Origin: Eledone cirrhosa
Lineage: Eukaryota
Assembly: GCA_964016885.1 (NCBI GenBank)
Contig: OZ024760.1
Location: forward strand, 2,914,001 to 2,978,000
Length of the DNA: 64,000 nucleotides
Direction: 5' to 3'
Below the pieces are notes generated by a model. The model was not told where the DNA came from, made no database searches, and worked only from the letters and a program-made list of their open reading frames with translations. Positions 27,657 to 41,859 of the stretch are shown one piece after another. Each line of letters starts with the position of its first letter. The first letter of the stretch is position 1. A program made the translations under genes and the position numbers.

Positions 27657-28230
27657 CATCATCATCATCACCATTTTACATTCGCTTTTCCCTGCTTGCA
27701 AGGGTGGGATAAGTCCTATTCAGCATCTCTCCATTCGTCACGGTCCTTCGTCATCTCCTCCGTGAGCTTCAGCGATCTGAGGTCTGCTCTCACCACCTCC
27801 ACCCATATTTTTCGTGGTCTTCCTCTACCGCGTCTTCCTTCTACTGGGATTTCTTGGCAATTCTTAACCCAGCAGTCATCCTCCATACTCATCACATGTC
27901 CATACCATTGCAGTCTTCTCTCCTGCACACTACAGCCTATCCCTTTTATACACAGTTTCTCTCTCAACTTGTCTATGTTTGGCAGTTCACGCATATTGAC
28001 ATTTCACATCCAACGGAGCATGCTTGCTTCATTTCTCTCCAGCTGTCGCATATCCTCCACAGTTGCTGCCCATGTCTCACTACCATGCAGCATCGCACAT
28101 CTCCCACAGGCATCATATAACCGGCCTTTCATTCATAGGGAGAAACACTTCTTTGTCAACAGAGGAAGCAGCTCCCTAAACTTCTTCCAGCCCATCCTTA
28201 TTCTAGACACTATGGCCTCGGAGCACCTTT
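27657..28230 (-). mobile_element. RTE-clade LINE 3' fragment
   Basis: RRLQWYGHVMSM...EGRRGRGRPRKIW...DRDEWR C-terminal RTE motif; 3' tail ends in (TGA)n. Confidence 0.88.
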
Positions 28231-28440
28231 AATATAACTTAAACGGTTTTGTATCATAGAATGATGATGATGATGATGGTGATGGTGATGATGGTGAGGA
28301 GGAGGAGGAGGAGGAGGAGGAGAACCAGGAGTGGTATCATGTGGTTTGAAATAAGCAGTTTTGTACCTCAGAACCAGGGTTTGGGATTTTAGGGGTTTTA
28401 GTATCAAAAGGGTTTAAATTTTGTCTTTTTTATATTACAG

Positions 28441-28474
28441 GAATTATTCCAGAAAATTTTCCAAGCAGCAAAAA
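28441..28474 (+). CDS. ENPP-like gene exon D (34 nt): (G)IIPENFPSSK(K)
   Basis: Acceptor tatattacag, donor gtaaga; phase 1/2 bridges exons C and E exactly; corresponds to ENPP GIFPDIYKMYN. Confidence 0.82.
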
Positions 28475-29164
28475 GTAAGATTAATTTCCAGATTCCTTTT
28501 GTGTGTTATGTATTGTATGTATGGCCTTAGTTACAGTGGTCATTATGGCCTTAGTTACAGTGGTCATGTGTGGTCTTAGCTTCAGTGGTCATTATGGCCT
28601 TGGTTACAGTGGTCATGTTTGGCCTTAGCACACACACACACACATATATATATATAGATATATACACACAGTTGTTCCCCGGTATTCGTGGGGGTTACGT
28701 TGTCCCACTTGAGGCAAGATTGATCAGGTGACCGTGTCTCGCTCGTATCTGGCAGGTTTTCTACGGCTGGATGCCCTTCCTAACACCAACCACGTTTACA
28801 GTGTGGACTGGGAGCCTTCTTACCGTATTACCTACACGACCACTTTACAGCATGGACTGGGTGCTTTTTTGTTGTGACACCTACACAACCTCATTAGTTT
28901 GGACTGGATGTTGTGGTACCAACATAACTTTACAGAGAAAGGGTGGTGGTGGTGGGAGTGGGAGGATGGAGTTGGGTTAGTGAGTTAGGGTGTATATTTG
29001 GTTAAGAGGTGCTTACTGACTGTAGGTTAACTTTGTACATAGGGAAGGTGGGTCTTCTGTATTACTGCATAGCGCCAAAGATCTCAATCCAGTGACATTG
29101 TCTTAAAGAGGTGTAAGTGTGCAAGGTCAGATTTTATCATGTCATCCAGGTTACATATATATAT

Positions 29165-29447
29165 CTAAAGTCTAAAGTCTGTCTTAAGCCAGCAGGCTCA
29201 TTTGGCCAGTGCTTATCCCGGTTTCATGGCATGAAGCGACTGAGAGTACAAGACTACCCCTGGACAGGACGCCAGTCCATCGCAGGGTTAAACCTCCAGC
29301 TATTGCTGGTACTCATTTTCAGCTGAGTATACTGGAGCAACGTGAAATGAAGTGTTTTGCTCAAGAACACAACACGCAACCCAGGAATCGAGCCCACGAC
29401 ATTATGATCGTAAGTCCAACACCCTTACCACTAGGCCACGCGCCTCC
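29165..29447 (-). mobile_element. tRNA-derived SINE (family C) with CORE-like and V-domain-like segments
   Basis: Minus strand: ggaggcgcgtggcctagtggtaag...tcttgagcaaaacactt...cctgcgatggactggcgtcctgtccagggg. Confidence 0.7.
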
Positions 29448-29451
29448 ACTG

Positions 29452-29703
<252 letters not shown>

Positions 29704-30593
29704 ATATATGGTCAAAGTGATTGTCAAAAATCAGTAGTAATTCTGTGGTTGCAAATTAGTAGGGGAGATGGTGGCTAAACCTGCCAGTAGGAGAAAGAGG
29801 GGAGGGGGTGGAGTAGACCCAATCAAGCGTTGGTAGTGCCAGCTACAGCTGGGCATGAGGTCAAAGAAGATACAGGGGAGGGGAGGGGGAGGAAGTCGGA
29901 ACGGTAGGTAGAACAATGGGGGGTAAAAATAGGAAAGAAAAAATACTGAGAGTGAAGAAAAGCAAAAAAGTGTAAAGAAAAAATTAAATTCTACGACCTA
30001 GGTGTCAGGCTATTGTTAGGCGAGAATAAAATAAAGAAAGAAAGAAAGAAGTAAATAAATAAATAAATAAATAAATAAGGAAATAAGTAAAAGAACTAGG
30101 TGGGACGAATTAAGCAAGGACCCTTTTAAGAGGTATAAGTACGTAAATGATACGGTGACTGGTCAACAAAAGGGGCCAAAATACTAAAGAGACTACCACG
30201 AAATAAACAATAAAGGTTTCCATCCCGGGCCAGCAACGACCCAGTGCAGCAAAGTGAACTTGTACGACATAATAATTCTGAGTCCCGGGAAAAATATATA
30301 CTAATGCTAACTCTAAAAGATCTAAAACAAGCTACATGAAAGTTCGTACGAAATAAAGGTAGAATACGGAGAAATAAGTTCAGAATCCACCCCGCCCAGA
30401 AGAAAAGCGAAGCAAGAAATACTGAAACGAAAAAATAAGGCATAAGTGCCACTAAGAAATAAAGAGGGCACAGAGAATAGTGGGAGCGGTCGGAAAAGGG
30501 GGGCAAGTATCCGGGGTCTAAGCCAACTGCTATAAAGGGCGGAGTCCGCCAAATCTATCAAAGACTAGGGGAGGGGGGAGTGGGGGTACTAAT

Positions 30594-31505
30594 CTGCACT
30601 ACATCCACCGCCGATCAAACCATCCTAGGAACATCACAAACAACCTGGTCAAAAACATCTCCCTCCGCATATCCCGTTTGTCAGCTAATGAGCGGATATT
30701 CGATGAACATGCGCCTTATTACAACCAGGCCCTCAAGCGGAGTGGTTTCCGGGAGGAAATATCCTACTGTCCAGATCCCATTAGCGGAACCAGCAGGAGA
30801 CACCGCCGCTCACGCAATGTAACATGGTTCAATCCTCCCCACAACGCAGAGGTGACTACTCCCATCGGGAAACTATTCTTTAGGCTCATTGAAAAACACT
30901 TCCCATTACAACACCGCTACCACAACATAATTAACAAAAATACCATCAAACTCTCTTACAGCACTACACCAAACTTCGCACAAAACATCGTCTCCTCTAA
31001 CAACAAAAAACTCAACCCCGATGGCAGAAATAACCTAAATAGCAGTGGAGAACCGACCAGGAGGTGTAACTGCCCGGATAGATCTATTTGCCCACTCGAC
31101 AATAGATGCAGAGACCGTAATGTGATCTACCAGTGCAACGTGAGGACGGATACCTCCAACAAAGCCTATATAGGACTTACCGCATGTGACTTCAAGACCC
31201 GGCTATACCAACATAGACATACCTTCCGAAACCCGGCCCGGCGTCACGCCACTACACTTTCGGGCCACATATGGGACCTCAAGGACAACAACATCACCTA
31301 TGATCTCACTTGGAGATTACTGTCCAGAGCCAATTCTTACACGGGAGGACGCCGTCCGTGCAATTTATGCTCGGAGGAAACTTTACAAATGCTGTTTTCG
31401 ACGGACCAACTCCTAAACAAGAAAGATGAACTGGTTACTGCATGTAAACATAGATTGCGTAGGACTTACCTCGCCCTCAAACCCCATAATGACCCGGGGG
31501 GGTAG
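30594..31505 (+). CDS. PLE polyprotein C-terminal part: RT thumb, Cys-rich linker, GIY-YIG endonuclease
   Basis: LHYIHRRSNHP...SGF, WFNPP, CNC-x5-CPL-x3-C, NVIYQ...AYIGLT...FKTRLYQH, CNLC; open frame to the stop at 31505. Confidence 0.9.
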   Translation: MHYIHRRSNHPRNITNNLVKNISLRISRLSANERIFDEHAPYYNQALKRSGFREEISYCPDPISGTSRRHRRSRNVTWFNPPHNAEVTTPIGKLFFRLIEKHFPLQHRYHNIINKNTIKLSYSTTPNFAQNIVSSNNKKLNPDGRNNLNSSGEPTRRCNCPDRSICPLDNRCRDRNVIYQCNVRTDTSNKAYIGLTACDFKTRLYQHRHTFRNPARRHATTLSGHIWDLKDNNITYDLTWRLLSRANSYTGGRRPCNLCSEETLQMLFSTDQLLNKKDELVTACKHRLRRTYLALKPHNDPGG

Positions 31506-32597
31506 ACTAGGGCTTTAACACCCCAGTTGCCGATTTTGCAATGGGTAACCCCTGCTTGCCAAGGAAGACGTAAGATCTTCTTTGTATTCTTTTATCGCAT
31601 CCTTTATTTCCTTCCCCCCTCTCTCCTTTGTCCTTCTACCCCAGCTCTTCTCCTTTGTCGGCGTCTTTTCTCGCCCACCCGAGGCTGCCCTTTGGCCCCA
31701 TGTAGCCTTAGTACCCCCACTCCCCCCTCCCCTAGTCTTTGATAGATTTGGCGGACTCCGCCCTTTATAGCAGTTGGCTTAGACCCCGGATACTTGCCCC
31801 CCTTTTCCGACCGCTCCCACTATTCTCTGTGCCCTCTTTATTTCTTAGTGGCACTTATGCCTTATTTTTTCGTTTCAGTATTTCTTGCTTCGCTTTTCTT
31901 CTGGGCGGGGTGGATTCTGAACTTATTTCTCCGTATTCTACCTTTATTTCGTACGAACTTTCATGTAGCTTGTTTTAGATCTTTTAGAGTTAGCATTAGT
32001 ATATATTTTTCCCGGGACTCAGAATTATTATGTCGTACAAGTTCACTTTGCTGCACTGGGTCGTTGCTGGCCCGGGATGGAAACCTTTATTGTTTATTTC
32101 GTGGTAGTCTCTTTAGTATTTTGGCCCCTTTTGTTGACCAGTCACCGTATCATTTACGTACTTATACCTCTTAAAAGGGTCCTTGCTTAATTCGTCCCAC
32201 CTAGTTCTTTTACTTATTTCCTTATTTATTTATTTATTTATTTATTTACTTCTTTCTTTCTTTCTTTATTTTATTCTCGCCTAACAATAGCCTGACACCT
32301 AGGTCGTAGAATTTAATTTTTTCTTTACACTTTTTTGCTTTTCTTCACTCTCAGTATTTTTTCTTTCCTATTTTTACCCCCCATTGTTCTACCTACCGTT
32401 CCGACTTCCTCCCCCTCCCCCTCCCCTGTATCTTCTTTGACCTCATGCCCAGCTGTAGCTGGCACTACCAACGCTTGATTGGGTCTACTCCACCCCCTCC
32501 CCTCTTTCTCCTACTGGCAGGTTTAGCCACCATCTCCCCTACTAATTTGCAACCACAGAATTACTACTGATTTTTGACAATCACTTTGACCATATAT

Positions 32598-32709
32598 GGA
32601 ATTACCCCTTGAGAAGATCGGCTATTTAAATACCAGGATAAATGTTCATTTAGTCCAGAATTAGCCGTCGAAACGGCTTGAGCTCAGCTGTCGGGGTCTT
32701 ACTGGTTCC
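32598..32709 (+). ncRNA. Type I hammerhead ribozyme with U3-A8 core in the right pLTR
   Basis: Stem I ACCCC/GGGGT; core UUGAGAA (32609-32615); stem II GA(T)CGGCTA/TAGCCGTC; GAAA 32670-32673; stem III ACGGCT/AGCTGT; GUC site at 32690-32692. Confidence 0.78.
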
Positions 32710-32852
32710 TATTACCCACTCTACTACCTCAAGTATTGAGTACTTTGGTGCGTTATGGTCCACCTGGTTCCTTACCACATTTCCTTCGTTATATATATAT
32801 ATATATATATAATATTAAATAAATGGAAACTATATTTATAAAACCATATTTA

Positions 32853-32914
32853 TTTCATTATATATATTTCGGGGATATCATATTAACAATATGCTATGCC
32901 TTCCTCAGACAAAA
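32853..32914 (-). ncRNA. Minimal hammerhead-like motif (same family as 62148-62210)
   Basis: Minus: tttgt CUGAGGA aggcatagcatatt..aatatgatatcccc GAAA tatata UA atgaaa; downstream ~45 nt shared with 62205-62250. Confidence 0.55.
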
Positions 32915-33230
32915 TACAATATAAACAGTTTTATAGATAAATAGATTCGACATACCGTTATAACACCGACTTCCATTTGAAGAGGTTTAAGCTGGCAGTG
33001 AAAAAATTTTACACAGAGAGAAAGAAAGAGAGAAAAAAGAAAGAAAGACAGAAAACGAAGAAAAGGAAGAAAAAGAAGAAATGCATGGAACAAAATAGAG
33101 AGATGGAAAGATAGATAAAGCGAAGAACTTCATGTAAAGAAACAGAAAGAGATATATATATAGAGAGAGAGAGAGGAAATAGAGATAGATACATATATAT
33201 ATAGAAAATTAGGTAGTGGGAGGTAACTTT

Positions 33231-33790
<560 letters not shown>

Positions 33791-33815
33791 TATATATATA
33801 TATATATATATATAT

Positions 33816-33864
33816 GAGATTCCTGATGATTTCTAAAGAATGAAACAGTTCTAGTCCTGTAGAA

Positions 33865-33868
<4 letters not shown>
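33816..33868 (+). ncRNA. Compact type I hammerhead ribozyme embedded in (TA)n
   Basis: GAGATTC-CUGAUGA-TTTC taaa GAAT-GAAA-CAG ttctagtc CTG-UA-GAATCTC; perfect 7-bp stem I, 4-bp stem III, GUA site. Confidence 0.75.
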
Positions 33869-33935
<67 letters not shown>

Positions 33936-33938
<3 letters not shown>

Positions 33939-34260
33939 TCATCATCATCATTGTGACCACAGTCGAACATTCCTGACAAAGTCTCCGCACACTTCACGAT
34001 GTCCCACTGTTCCTGGCATCAGCTCAATTCTGAGAGTTAATTGATGAATGTTTGAGCAGGTCTTCCTCCTGTCTCCTGTCAGATGGTTTCCACATTAGTA
34101 ACCTGTGTGGAATTTCCTGCTTACTTCTTTCTGCAAATTGTAACTGACTTCTCACAATTGTAGTTGTTATCTTGGGCAAGTTTCTCTATAAACTTCCATT
34201 TGTAATACCATTGATGCCAGTGTGTGTTTGTACAACTCTGCAGATATCTTTAACAGGTAT
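33936..34260 (-). mobile_element. Degenerate RTE-like LINE 3' fragment
   Basis: Minus-strand coding-like remnant ending in a (TGA)n tail. Confidence 0.5.
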
Positions 34261-34589
34261 CTTTAACAAAAGACAAAAGACAAAATCAGGCAGAAGAGGA
34301 AGTAAACCTCTTTGGTGGTGGTAGAGCGTTGTGTTCTTTTTGTGTAAAGCTCTTCAAAAGTAGCTACATAATTTTTGAAAAATATTTGTCGATTGATTTA
34401 GCTAATCAAAGACGATCTTTGAAATAATCTGTTTTTTTTCCACAAATTTGAATGTAATTCTCTGTGACATGAGGAACAGCAGACATATAGGACATAATTA
34501 TATGCATACGCATGTTTGTACATACATGTCTATGTATATATATATATGTATGTACATACATGTGTATGCATAGATAATGGTATACATAC

Positions 34590-37500
34590 ATATATACATA
34601 CATAGTGGCATACATACACAGTGGCATACATAGTGGCATACATTCATACATAGGGGCATACATACATAGTGGCATACATACATAGTGGCATACATACATA
34701 CATAGTGGCATACATACATACATAGTGACATACATACATACATAGTGGCATACATACATAGTGACATACATACATACATAGTGGCATACATACATACATA
34801 GTGGCATACATACATAGTGGCATACATACATACATAGTGGCATACATACATACATAGTGGCATACATACATACATAGTGGCATACATACATAGTGACATA
34901 CATACATAGTGACATACATACATACATAGTGGCATACATACATAGTGACATACATACATACATAGTCACATACATACATACATAGTGACATACATACATA
35001 CACAGTGGCATACATACATAGTGGCATACATACATACATAGTGGCATACATACATAGTGGCATACATACATACATAGTGGCATACATACATAGTGACATA
35101 CATACATACATAGTGGCATACATACATAGTGGCATACATACATAGTGGCATACATAGTGGCATACATACATACATAGTGGCATACATACATAGTGGCATA
35201 CATACATACATAGTGGCATACATACATACATAGTGGCATACATACATACATAGTGGCATACATACATAGTGACATACATACATACATAGTGGCATACATA
35301 CATACACAGTGGCATACATACATACATAGTGGCATACATACATACATAGTGACATACATACATACATAGTGGCATACATACATACATAGTGGCATACATA
35401 CATACATAGTGACATACATACATACATAGTGGCATACATACATACATAGTGGCATACATACATAGTGGCATACATACATAGTGGCATACATACATACATA
35501 GTGGCATACATACATACATAGTGGCATACATACATAGTGGCATACATACATAGTGGCATACATACATACATAGTGGCATACATACATACATAGTGACATA
35601 CATACATAGTGGCATACATACATACATAGTGGCATACATACATAGTGGCATACATACATACATAGTGGCATACATACATACATAGTGGCATACATACATA
35701 GTGGCATACATACATACATAGTGGCATACATACATAGTGGCATACATACATAGTGGCATACATACATACATAGTGGCATACATACATACATAGTGGCATA
35801 CATACATAGTGGCATACATACATAGTGGCATACATACATACATAGTGGCATACATACATACATACATAGTGGCATACATACATAGTGGCATACATACATA
35901 CATAGTGGCATACATACATAGTGGCATACATACATAGTGGCATACATACATACATAGTGGCATACATACATAGTGGCATACATACATAGTGGCATACATA
36001 CATAGTGACATACATACATACATAGTGGCATACATACATAGTGGCATACATACATAGTGGCATACATACATACATAGTGGTATACATACATAGTGACATA
36101 CATACATAGTGGCATACATACATACATAGTGGCATACATACATACATAGTGGCATACATACATAGTGACATACATACATACATAGTGGCATACATACATA
36201 CATAGTGACATACATACATACATAGTGGCATACATACATAGTGGCATACATACATAGTGACATACATACATAGTGGCATACATACATAGTGACATACATA
36301 CATACATAGTGGCATACATACATAGTGACATACATACATAGTGGCATACATACATACATAGTGGCATACATACATAGTGACATACATACATAGTGACATA
36401 CATACATAGTGGCATACATACATACATAGTGGCATACATACATAGTGACATACATACATAGTGGCATACATACATACATAGTGGCATACATACATAGTGA
36501 CATACATACACAGTGACATACATACATAGTGACATACATACATACATAGTGGCATACATACATAGTGACATACATACATAGTGACATACATACATAGTGG
36601 CATACATACATAGTGACATACATACATAGTGACATACATACATAGTGGCATACATACATAGTGACATACATACATAGTGGCATACATACATACATAGTGG
36701 CATACATACATAGTGACATACATACATAGTGACATACATACATAGTGGCATACATACATACATAGTGGCATACATACATACACAGTGGCATACATACATA
36801 CATAGTGGCATACATACATAGTGACATACATACACAGTGACATACATACATAGTGACATACATACATACATAGTGGCATACATACATAGTGACATACATA
36901 CATAGTGGCATACATACATAGTGACATACATACATAGTGACATACATACATAGTGACATACATACATAGTGACATACATACATAGTGACATACATACATA
37001 GTGACATACATACATAGTGACATACATACATAGTGGCATACATACATACATAGTGACATACATACATACATAGTGACATACATACATGGTGGCATACATA
37101 CATACATAGTGACATACATACATACATAGTGGCATACATACATACACAGTGACATACATACATGGTGGCATACATACATACATAGTGACATACATACATA
37201 CACAGTGGCATACATACATACATAGTGACATACATACATACATAGTGGCATACATACATAGTGACATACATACATAGTGGCATACATACATAGTGACATA
37301 CATACATAGTGGCATACATACATAGTGACATACATACATAGTGGCATACATACATAGTGGCATACATACATACACAGTGACATACATACATAGTGGCATA
37401 CATACATAGTGGCATACATACATACACAGTGACATACATATATGGTGGCATACATACATAGTGACATACATACATAGTGGCATACATACATACACAGTGA

Positions 37501-40500
37501 CATACATACATAGTGACATACATACATACATAGTGGCATACATACATAGTGGCATATATACATACATAGTGACATATATACATACATAGTCGCATACATA
37601 CATAGTGGGATACATACATACATAGTGGTATACATACACAGTGACATACATACATAGTGGCATACATACATACATAGTGGCATACATACACTGTGACATA
37701 CATACATACATACATGGTGGCTGCCAACTCGTTTTCGAGTACGGCCACTACTTTATATCCATGTAGGAGGACCCCTACCAATGCGCTGAACGTGTGTGAC
37801 TTTTTAGTCCAGCCAGCGACTTGAAAGCTCTGGTACTAACACTACACTTGTGACCATTATTGACACATAGTGCTGGGCCCATGGTACCATGTGACGACAA
37901 GTGCAGAGAGATCTCCAGATATAAAGCAATGCCTGTGCCGTGAAGCTTTTATAGTGAGCAAAGGCACTGCACAAAGCCAGTCCCACTCTCTTAACCAAGA
38001 TGATATTTACCAAAAAGAAGAACATACATACATAGTGGCATACATACATAGTGACATACATACATAGTGACATACATACATACAATGACATACATACATA
38101 CATAGTGGCATACATACATACATAGTGGCATACATACATACATAGTGACATACATACATACATAGTGACATACATACATAGTGACATACATACATACAAT
38201 GACATACATACATACATAGTGGCATACATACATACATAGTGGCATACATACATACATAGTGACATACATACATACATAGTGACATACATACATAGTGACA
38301 TACATACATACAATGACATACATACATACATAGTGGCATACATACATACATAGTGGCATACATACATACATAGTGGCATACATACATACATAGTGACATA
38401 CATACATACATAGTGACATACATACATAGTGACATACATACATACAATGACATACATACATACATAGTGGCATACATACATACATAGTGGCATACATACA
38501 TACATAGTGACATACATACATACAATGACATACATACATACATAGTGGCATACATACATACATAGTGGCATACATACATACATAGTGACATACATACATA
38601 CATAGTGACATACATACATAGTGACATACATACATACAATGACATACATACATACATAGTGGCATACATACATACATAGTGGCATACATACATACATAGT
38701 GACATACATACATACATAGTGACATACATACATAGTGACATACATACATACAATGACATACATACATACATAGTGGCATACATACATACATAGTGACATA
38801 CATACATACACAGTGACATACATACATAGTGACATACATACATAGTGGCATACATACATACATACATAATGGCATACATACACAGTGGCATACATACATA
38901 CATAGTGGCATACATACACAGTGACATACATACATAGTGGCATACATACATACATAGTGACATACATACATACATAGTGACATACATACATACATAGTGG
39001 TATACATACATAGTGACATACATACATACATAGTGGCATACATACATACATAGTGGCATACATACATAGTGGCATACATACATACATAGTGGCATACATA
39101 CATAGTGACATACATACATACATAGTGGCATACATACATACATAGTGGCATACATACATACATAGTGACATACATACATACATAGTGGTATACATACATA
39201 GTGACATACATACATACATAGTGGCATACATACATACATAGTGGCATACATACATACATAGTGACATACATACATACATAGTGGTATACATACATAGTGA
39301 CATACATACATACATAGTGGCATACATACATACATAGTGGCATACATACATAGTGGCATACATACATACATAGTGGCATACATACATAGTGACATACATA
39401 CATACATAGTGGCATACATACATACATAGTGGCATACATACATACATAGCGACATACATACATAGTGGTATACATACATAGTGACATACATACATAGTGG
39501 CATACATACATAGTGACATACATACATACATAGTGACATACATACATACATAGTGACATACATACATACATAGTGGTATACATACATAGTGACATACATA
39601 CATACATAGTGGCATACATACATACATAGTGGCATACATACATACATAGCGACATACATACATAGTGGTATACATACATAGTGACATACATACATAGTGG
39701 CATACATACATAGTGACATACATACATACATAGTGGCATACATACATAGTGACATACATACATACATAGTGGCATACATACATAGTGACATACATACATA
39801 CATAGTCACATACATACATACATAGTGACATACATACATACACAGTGGCATACATAGTGACATACATACATACATAGTGGCATACATACATAGTGACATA
39901 CATACATACATAGTCACATACATACATACATAGTGACATACATACATACACAGTGGCATACATAGTGACATACATACATACATAGTGGCATACATACATA
40001 GTGACATACATACATACATAGTCACATACATACATACATAGTGACATACATACATACACAGTGGCATACATAGTGACATACATACATACATAGTGGCATA
40101 CATACATAGTGACATACATACATAGTGACATACATACATAGTGGCATACATACATAGTGGCATACATACATACATAATGACATACATACATGGTGGCATA
40201 CATAGTGACATACATAGTGACATACATACATAGTGACATACATACATAGTGACATACATACATACATACATAGTGGCATACATACATAGTGACATACATA
40301 CATAGTGACATACATACATAGTGGCATACATACATAGTGACATACATACATAGTGGCATACATACATAGTGACATACATACATAGTGGCATACATACATA
40401 CATAATGACATACATACATAGTGGCATACATACATACATAATGACATACATACATAATGACATACATACATAGTGGCATACATACATACATAATGACATA

Positions 40501-40700
40501 CATACATAGTGGCATACATACATACATAGTGACATACATACAGTGTCATACATACATAGTGGCATACATACATAATGACATACATACATAATGACATACA
40601 TACATAATGACATACATACATAGTGGCATACATACATACATAATGACATACATACATACATAATGACATACATACATAGTGGCATACATACATACAATGG
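34590..40700. repeat. ~6 kb satellite of (CATA)2-5 plus GTGG/GTGA units (mostly 16 and 20 bp), interrupted at 37721-38022 and resuming at 45390-45590
   Basis: Direct reading; source of the 600-1100 aa M/Y/V/C pseudo-ORFs. Confidence 0.97.
37721..38022 (+). mobile_element. 302-bp non-coding insertion in the CATA satellite; putative non-autonomous site-specific retroelement
   Basis: Unique sequence between ...catggtgg| and |catacatacatagtgg, the same register as the R4-type element; A/G-rich 3' end. Confidence 0.55.
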
Positions 40701-40860
40701 CGACCGTTGTGGCCAGTGTCCGATAATCGGACGTGTGTAATTACGGCTTACATGAAGGCAACATACCATATAGTGGAAAAAGTTGAGCTACTTTACGCGG
40801 TAAGATTACATACAATAATTCTACATAAGTGTTTGAACTGTGTGTTGTAAAACACCTATT

Positions 40861-41402
40861 TATATGAACGATACATACACTTATGATATATGAACGATAC
40901 ATACACTTATGATATATGAACGATCCATACACTTATGATATATGAACGATACATACACTTATGATATATGAACGATCCATACACTTATGATATATGAACG
41001 ATACATACACTTATGATATATGAACGATACATACACTTATGATATATGAATGATACATACACTTATGATATATGAACGATACATACACTTATGATATATG
41101 AACGAGACATACACTTATGATATATGAACGAGACATACACTTATGATATATGAACGATCCATACACTTATGATATATGAACGATACATACACTTATGATA
41201 TATGAACGAGACATACACTTATGATATATGAACGATACATACACTTATGATATATGAACGAGACATACACTTATGATATATGAACGATACATACACTTAT
41301 GATATATGAACGATACATACACTTATGATATATGAACGATACATACACTTATGATATATGAACGATACATACACTTATGATATATGAACGATACATACAC
41401 TT
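40861..41402. repeat. 26-bp tandem repeat (~21 copies) in the 5' region of the R4-type element
   Basis: tatgaacgatacatacacttatgata. Confidence 0.93.
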
Positions 41403-41859
41403 TAACATATAAATGCAATGTTGTTATATTACATTTATAAAGAAATATACAAGTAACGTGTTCGATTCAGAAACAAAAACATAAGTGTTTGAACTGTGAA
41501 TATGTTGTGAATAAGTTGTAGAACACCTATTTATATGAATGATACATAAACTTTAACATATAAATACAGCGTTGTTATATTATATTACATTCATAAAGAA
41601 ATATACTAAGTAACGGTTCTTTTTGTTCTCGATTCAAACGATTCAAGAACAACGTTTAAAACACAGTTGTAGAATTAAATCTAACTGAAAAGAAATATTA
41701 CCCAAGCTGTGAATAACTTTAAATTTGATTCTGACAGAACTTTGTCGAAACTTTTAAAGAAGATCATCGACTATTTTGAAAAATAAATACGAAATATTAG
41801 TGAATAGACGAACTCATCATGGCAAAAAGTACAAGTCTCCTTTGACCAAATCGCAACTA

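Noticed and set aside
30594-31505. Selenocysteine recoding, as reported for some PLEs
   Set aside because: No in-frame TGA in the preserved ORF fragment.
37716-37800. HDV-like ribozyme at the 5' ends of the satellite insertions (also 40701-40790)
   Set aside because: Only simple hairpins were found; I could not build the P1.1/P2/P3 pseudoknot by eye.
34406-40769. 600-1100 aa ORFs on the minus strand
   Set aside because: Stop-free translations of the CATA satellite in all three frames; no coding signal.
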